From Tubulanus polymorphus (lineage: Eukaryota > Animalia > Nemertea), in contig NC_134033.1 of NCBI RefSeq assembly GCF_964204645.1, forward strand, positions 4,922,231 to 4,986,230: 64,000 nucleotides of DNA, given 5' to 3'. Position 1 is the stretch's first letter. The number at the start of each line of letters is the position of its first letter. Shown here one piece after another: positions 57,061 through 64,000 of this stretch. Both the position numbers and the translations under genes were made by a program. Below the pieces are notes generated by a model. That model had not been told where the DNA came from. It saw nothing but the letters and a program-made list of their open reading frames with translations, and did no database searches.

Positions 57061-60000
57061 ATGCAGCGAATGAAAGCGTTGTTCGTAGTTTTACTGACCG
57101 CTTGCGGAGACTGTATATTTACGCGGGCTGATCGCGCAAACTCTGTGGAGGAAGCCGCGTCTGTTACAGTCAGATCATCTTGTAACAACACTCAATACTC
57201 CGTCGATTCTACGTCTGGTTACATCGTTTCACCGAACTATCCGTCGTTAGTGCGCGGTGTTGAATGTCATTGGTTCGTCAACAGCTCTTTACCGGGAAGT
57301 TTTCTCGTTCAAGTTTACTACGACATCGAGCCGTCGATATTCTGTAACGAAAACTACCTTCTCGTCGGTGAGTCCGACAACAGACTTTGCGCTTCTGGAA
57401 GAAAACAACTAGATATCCGTAGTAACGATTTGATTTCGTTGTTGTTTAGGAGTAACGTCGATGGAGCGCGAGGTAGTCGGGTTTCTATCATATATCGTTT
57501 TGAAGAACAGAGTCGCTTGAAATTGATACAACATAAATGCAACAAATATTCAGTAAAAGAATTACCAACTCAAACAGGTTATGAATTCGTGATTTCTACC
57601 CGGCGATGTCAATTGTTGTTAGAATGGATCGGGATGATAGACGGGTTTGCATTGAATTTGACGTTTATACAGATAGATTTCAGATTGAGACCAGGCGAGG
57701 ATCCGATGAAAACTCGTCCTCAAATTTACGACGGATGGAACAGCACCAGTGAACCTATAGCTCTTATACGAGAACAAACCGGGCATCCACCTTCATCGTT
57801 TTATACTAAAACTAATAAAGCACGTATTGAAATCATTTCGAGTATACATTGGTTTAAGTCGAAGTTACTCGTGCAAGTTTACAAAATATCAGATTGGAAC
57901 ATCTCTAACCCGTTAATTCAAGTCTATGGTAAATCAGGACTGCTCACTACAATTGATGGAATACCACATATAGTAACTCAGTCTAAACACTTATACTGCA
58001 GGTCTATCACAGTCGAGGTTCTGCAGTACGTCGTCTTCAACTGGCCACGTGATCTCATCTCGTCACCAGGTGTCGTTGGTGTATATAAACAGGAAGGGTT
58101 ACGTATTGTGAGAACTGATATTTTACTCAGTTTTAACCATCTTAAATCTCTGAGTGTAAAATCAGATGGATTTCTCGTGATTCTGTGCGTTTTAACGACA
58201 TTGGATTTTTTAAGATCGACTTTGAAAATAGAATTTGAAGTGGACTCAATGACAATATCAGACGTCTACGTCAACAAGCCAAGGATATCGGTAAGTTTTA
58301 CATAATGTTTGTAAATTCGTTTTGTATAATAGAAATAATATAAAAATCTTTGACTTTGCTTATTACCTTGACCCGTTTAACCAGCGAAATCTCGGATACC
58401 CACATTATGTTTTCCATCATTTTGACATAATCCATCAGATAACCTGCAGCTGAATGCCAATAAACAATGAACTCTTCACTGTCACTTTGTCGTCAACTAT
58501 CTACTAGATAACTAACTCTAACCAACTTTTTAGCATTCACCTCAAGAAAAGCGTCTTTACACATACAAATTATAATAATTAGTTGGAGAGTTCATACAGA
58601 CCTTTCAAAGTATGATGCATATTTTTATCAATTTTAGGTGAATCTGATATTTGCTGAATTGTTCCCGAGATCAAGGAATACATTTTATTTTGTAACTACA
58701 TTACAACTAAACTGGAAAGTGAACATCTATGAAGATCAGTTGAAACTAACGGTGCTATCAGAAAACTGTGATCGAGCTGGTTTTTATATATTTGATGGTA
58801 GTAATTTCACAGCTAGACGCTATGGTCCGTATTGTCCTGGTTCATACTACGGTCGATCTGTCGTCAGCCTGATTACATCAGGTGGACCGGTTACTGTAGT
58901 AGCATACGCTTATTACTATAGCAGTCAGTTAACAGTTGGTGGCTCATATCTTAGATTCGCTCCTACTGATTGTGATGGTTATGTTCTACAGAAAGAAGAA
59001 CGTCAGATCAATATGACGTCACACTGTCTCGTGATTACACCTGAAAACCGACGCCTTCGCTTGAAAAATATTCACATATTATCAGAACACGAATATCAAA
59101 TTGACCGATGTTTCCTCAAGATATCATCGCCATGTGGTCAGTTTCTGATTTTGAATAAGTTTCGTTATAACAGTCTAGTATTAAATACTGTTATTGAGTT
59201 CGGATTCTGGAAGGAACCAATAATAATCAAACTACGTCGTAGATGCCTGAGTGTGAAAAAAGCATATGGATTTGTACTTGCCGGTGACCGTTTTCCAGTT
59301 ATTACTAAAGATAAATGTGGACTCGTGCAGTCACCGAACTACCCGGGTACGAAATTTTCATACACATCTATTTTCTACACATTTCGAAACCCGAGCAGTC
59401 AAAATGTATTTCAATACTATAGATTTATCATCAAATACATTGAATCAGTTTCATGTGAAACAAACAAAAGGGGTAAGCACGACCCACTAACACAAATACA
59501 AGTGATAACTTACAACCATTTCCTTAATGAAAAAAATTTCAAAATTATTTTAGCTCAACATGAAACAAAAATTTGCGAAAATAATGCAGTTCGCGGTCTT
59601 ATATTTTACAGTTTAAGTGATAACAACCTGTACGTTGAAACAAAAAATTATGTCCCCATATTTCAAATACAATACTCTTTACACGAGTCGTTACCGATTA
59701 AAGATTTCGATAATTTCTACTGTAAACAAGGATTTCTGGATTCCGGTATATCCTGCATCAAATTCATCAGAGATGAACGTCTGAATTGGGAGAACGCTGA
59801 AATTTACTGTAGACAGAAGTACGCGGGACATCTACTCAGTATCAACTCAGAAAAGGAAATGATTTCCATCAAAAGAATATTCGCTACAGAACTTCTCCGA
59901 ATGGCGTACACACTAAAAGCGCTCATAATGATGATAGGATTAAAATGGAAGGTAAGACTATCATGTACAAATGTTAATTGGAAAGGAAAGATTTTTAGAT

Positions 60001-63000
60001 AAGAAATAATAGATTTCCTTTTATTTACAAAACAGAATGATGGTTATTACACGTGGACAGACGGTAAACCTTTGAGCTACACAGAGTGGTATAAACCTGT
60101 TATTAATGAAACGATACCAGAAGTTATTCGAGGATTGATATCTCCGCTAAGAAAACAACCGATACATGACGTCAATATGCCGTGTACGGCGTTGATACTG
60201 AATAATCCACGAGGATCAGCGAACTGGGTTCGATTCCCGTGTCAAATCGAGGAGACGCACACGACATTCATTTGTGAATCTGAGAGAATCGACATCAAAA
60301 ACAAACACAATTCAACGATAAACGATGCGAAAAATTCAACAAATACAAACTTAAATAAAACCATAGATCAAATGATTCCCGATGTTACTCTAATTACTCA
60401 AACCTGTCCAAGAGGTTGGGTAACTTTTTCCGGACAATGTTTTCAAATACTAACCGACTGGAAAAACAATCGAGGTTTGAATCTTCGGGGTGCTAGAGAA
60501 ATGTGTCACAGCATCCGCGCCGAAATAGGAAGAATTACTTCAAATACAGAAAGCGATATGAAAAATCTTGTCAGCAAATTTCAATATCGACATCAATATG
60601 GCGCTACACTGACAATGGAACTCGACGGATTTAAAGTTATCAAACCAATGGTGATCAGAAATGAAATTACTTATATTCAATCAGTTATATGGTTATCGAA
60701 ACCCTTCGATGATACGAAAGATAAAGTGCATTCCGTGTTGTGTACCTATAATGTAACTGGTGATGAGTTAGCTTCTATAAGCGGTTGTAAATCGTGGCAG
60801 TTTGAATGTAACGATCAAAGATGTATCAGCGACCATCGCGTATGTGATACCAGACACGACTGTCAACGCGGTGAAGATGAACGCAATTGTACGGATATCA
60901 ATTTACAGAGTCAGTTCCGCTGTAACGACGGACAGGTTATATCGATTAGCGGTTTTTGTGACTTAATAAGAGATTGCATCGATGGCTCGGATGAGAACTC
61001 GTGCTATCATCCACCGTGTTTATCTACGCAATATCGCTGTTCCAATCACCAATGCATCGATAGTTATAAACGATGTGACGGACTAGCCAACTGTAAAGAC
61101 GGTTCCGATGAGACTGAATGCACTGCCGAACTTTGTCAGGGGTTCACGTGCGCGGACGGTGAATGTATTAGTTCTCAGTTGTATCGGGATGGTGTCGTGG
61201 ATTGTAGCGGAAGTCTCGAAGAAGACGAATTGGTCACTAATATGACAGTGAATCCCGAGGTTTACTGTAATAATGACAATCACTGTACGACTCGTTTCAC
61301 AGATCTGTGTAAGGAATCGGATGAACAAAGATGTTCGTTCAATTCTCCTCGCTGTTATTCCCGACAAGAAAGGTGTATTTTAGAAAGGACGCCGAATGGT
61401 TTCCCGGTATGTAGAAATCTTGAACATATACTCGCGTGTAATGACTTCGAATGTGCTGCTGGTACTGTAAAATGTCCGGCATCTTACTGTATACCAATTA
61501 GACACGTTTGTGACGGTCGATCCGATTGTCCTAATTCTGAGGATGAACGAAACTGCGAGACTTGGTCGTGTCCGGGAATGTTTAAATGTGGCCAGGAAAA
61601 TCGATGTATTCCACAATCTGAAGTTTGCGACGGTGTCGTAAATTGTAAACATAACTCAGATGACGAATTATACTGTAAGGTCACGTGTCCTGAACGTTGT
61701 AATTGCCGGGGTCATTTCATCGATTGTGAAAATGCTCTTTTATCAGATATTACTGGTATTTTTACAGAATCAAGTCGGGTTTTGATTTTGTCGAAGAACC
61801 GAGTCGAATTTAACGAGTCGACGTTTAACTCTTTTATTTATCTTCGTTTTCTCGATATTTCGGATAATAATTTGTCTTACATCGTTCCCAACGCATTTTC
61901 TAATCTAAACAATCTTTATACATTAGACCTTACTCACAACCGCATAACATCATTATCTGCTAATACATTCGCAGGTTTGATCGGTTTAAAAGAACTATTT
62001 CTTTTCGGAATTCCGCTGCAACATTTAGAAAACGGAAGTTTCCGAGGTTTGACGTCACTCACTGTTTTGGATCTTAAAGGACTTTCTATATCGGTTCTTC
62101 GTGAAAATGTATTTAAAGGTTTAGCCGCATTACAGTCGTTAAATATCAGCAGCAACAGAATCCATTATATTTCGAGCTTTGCTTTTTCTGGATTAGTTGG
62201 ACTTGAAATTTTAGACCTCGTCAATAATTCCGAGGTAATATCCGTTGATCGAAACGTTCTTGTTGATCTTACATCATTGAAATACCTCGCTTCCGATACT
62301 TACAAATTTTGCTGCATGGCACCGAATGTTGACCGATGTCTTCCCGGAGCTGATCAATTTTCGACCTGTTCTGACCTGATGGGTAACACTGCACTGAGAG
62401 CCATCATCTGGATGATTGCATCTTTCAGTTTTCTCGGTAACAGTATCGTTCTTTTATTTCGAGTTCAAGGTTTGCGGATAGCATCCTCCGGAACACGTAA
62501 CAAATCTTCAGATATCCTCATTGTAAATGTTGCCGGTTGTGATTTTCTGATGTCGGTCTATTTGTTTTTGATCGCAGGAGCTGACCATACGTTCAAAGGC
62601 GTTTATTATCTGAATTCTGAAACCTGGACGGATAGCTCATTGTGTCGTCTCGCCGGGGTTATTGTCACCGTTTCGTGCGAAGGTTCCTTGTCTTTTCTCT
62701 TAATTCTAACACGTCAGAGATATTCAAATATCGTCAACCCGTTTTCTAGAAGTCCGATTATAACTCCGAAATACGTTATCGGGATTTGCTGCATTTGTTG
62801 GCTCGTTATAAGCACAGTTTCTATTCTACCGCTGTCATCGACGTCTTACTTCGGAGACAATTTTTACGGTACAACCGGAGTTTGTTTGCCTATGAATTTA
62901 CTGACGATCGACGTCAATGGCTGGCTCTATTCATTCGCTATTTTTGCCTTGTTTAATACGGCTATATTGGCTATGATAATGACGACGTACGCTCAGATGT

Positions 63001-63302
63001 ATAGACTCGTATCTGTAAGTAGGTCGGGCTCGGGTAGAGCCGATCCTACCGAACTGGTTTTAGCTCGAAGGAGTTTAGTAATCAATCTTTGTAATTTATT
63101 TTGCTGGTTACCGATAATAATCGTTCAGTTTTGCGCCGTATTTTCGGTCGAGATACCGAACCAGGTGGCCGCTTGGCTGGCCGTTCTATTTTTACCGATC
63201 AACTCGTCTCTTAATCCGCTTCTTTATACAATACTTACTATCGATATGAAATCTATTCGTGAACGCAATAAACGACGACTTGGATTGACAGCTAGCAAAT
63301 AA
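57061..63302 (+). CDS. Intact giant GRL101-like leucine-rich-repeat GPCR (SP-CUB-like xN-CTLD x2-LDLa x6-LRR-7TM), 1936 aa; exons 57061-58290, 58638-59951, 60036-63302
   Basis: All three exons are open and join in phase 0 (tcg|gtaagt...ttttag|gtg; aag|gtaaga...aacag|aat). Splicing rebuilds the CTLD motif MIGLKWK/NDGYYTWTDG. Other motifs: CUB SGYIVSPNYP..C.W; LDLa FxC..G.CI....CD...DC.DGSDE; LRRs; hinge YKFCC...DQFSTCSDL; TM7 LPINSSLNPLLY. Confidence 0.92.
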
Positions 63303-64000
63303 ACAATATAACGCTGCATCTATATTCGTGTAGTCACGTTCGAATCCGATCTATTGACACCGTTTCCTTTTTCCAAAACGTTACGATTCAAATTGTTCGA
63401 ATCGATTGATGTTCTAACGAGATAAAAAGTAATTCAAGTAATGCGATTTAATCGGTTTCCGAATCCCGTGTAGTTCCTGTTTATTGCTTTCACAAATAAT
63501 ATCAGATCACCTGATATCTCTACCCTTAGTGGTTTTCACATAAAATGAAAATAATTTGACATTAAAAAGTTTTATTGAAAATGAACCAGAAATTCTTCTA
63601 TTTTTTTAGAATAGTTTGATAAATTTTTGGAGTTGTTGGGAATGGAATAGAATACTACTCTGAAATTGGAGTTGGAGTCCTGTTTGAAAATGGGGGAAAA
63701 TGAGCTTTTCGACTTCGAAAATAGAAATTTATATGAATATAAACTATAATTTCAGCCGATTTTGAGAGGTTCTTTTTGATATTTTTGGTGAAGCTCTTTA
63801 AAATAGTAGAAACTACTCTAAAATAGTATTCGTTGTCAGATCTGCAAACCAAACCAAATCAGCTCGATCAAACCAATCTGAGCAAATGTATCTTTTCGGT
63901 AAACCTTAATCGTTTATGCTAAATAAATACGTCTTAGAAAACGGTCCAATCTAAACCTATACATTGACTGGTAACGATTTATGACAATTTCTTTTTCCTA

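Overview
AT-rich eukaryotic (animal, probably a spiralian/lophotrochozoan-type invertebrate; inferred only from gene content) genomic window with GT-AG introns. It is dominated by a head-to-tail tandem array of a giant 3-exon LGR/GRL101-type GPCR gene (signal peptide - several CUB-like domains - C-type lectin domains - about 6 LDLa repeats - LRRs - hinge - 7TM). One copy looks intact (D, 57061-63302, 1936 aa when spliced). Three are disabled (A 774-7069, B 20157-28225, C 36642-41439), and there are two orphan 7TM fragments. The copies are nearly identical over most of their length but carry sharply localised hypervariable CUB segments and mosaic similarity patterns, as expected of a diversifying recognition-receptor locus undergoing birth-and-death evolution. 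Between the copies are two apparently intact small secreted proteins (PAN-PAN and PAN-C-type-lectin with an EPN motif), a two-exon ankyrin/TRP-like channel with an antisense GPCR relic in its intron, and two further class A GPCR pseudogenes. Many mobile-element relics are present: LINEs, a Mutator-like TIR element, a Polinton/Maverick integrase, a gypsy gag, a 341-bp LTR-like mini-element, MITEs, and Penelope-type minimal hammerhead ribozyme motifs. All calls are by eye; no database searches were run.
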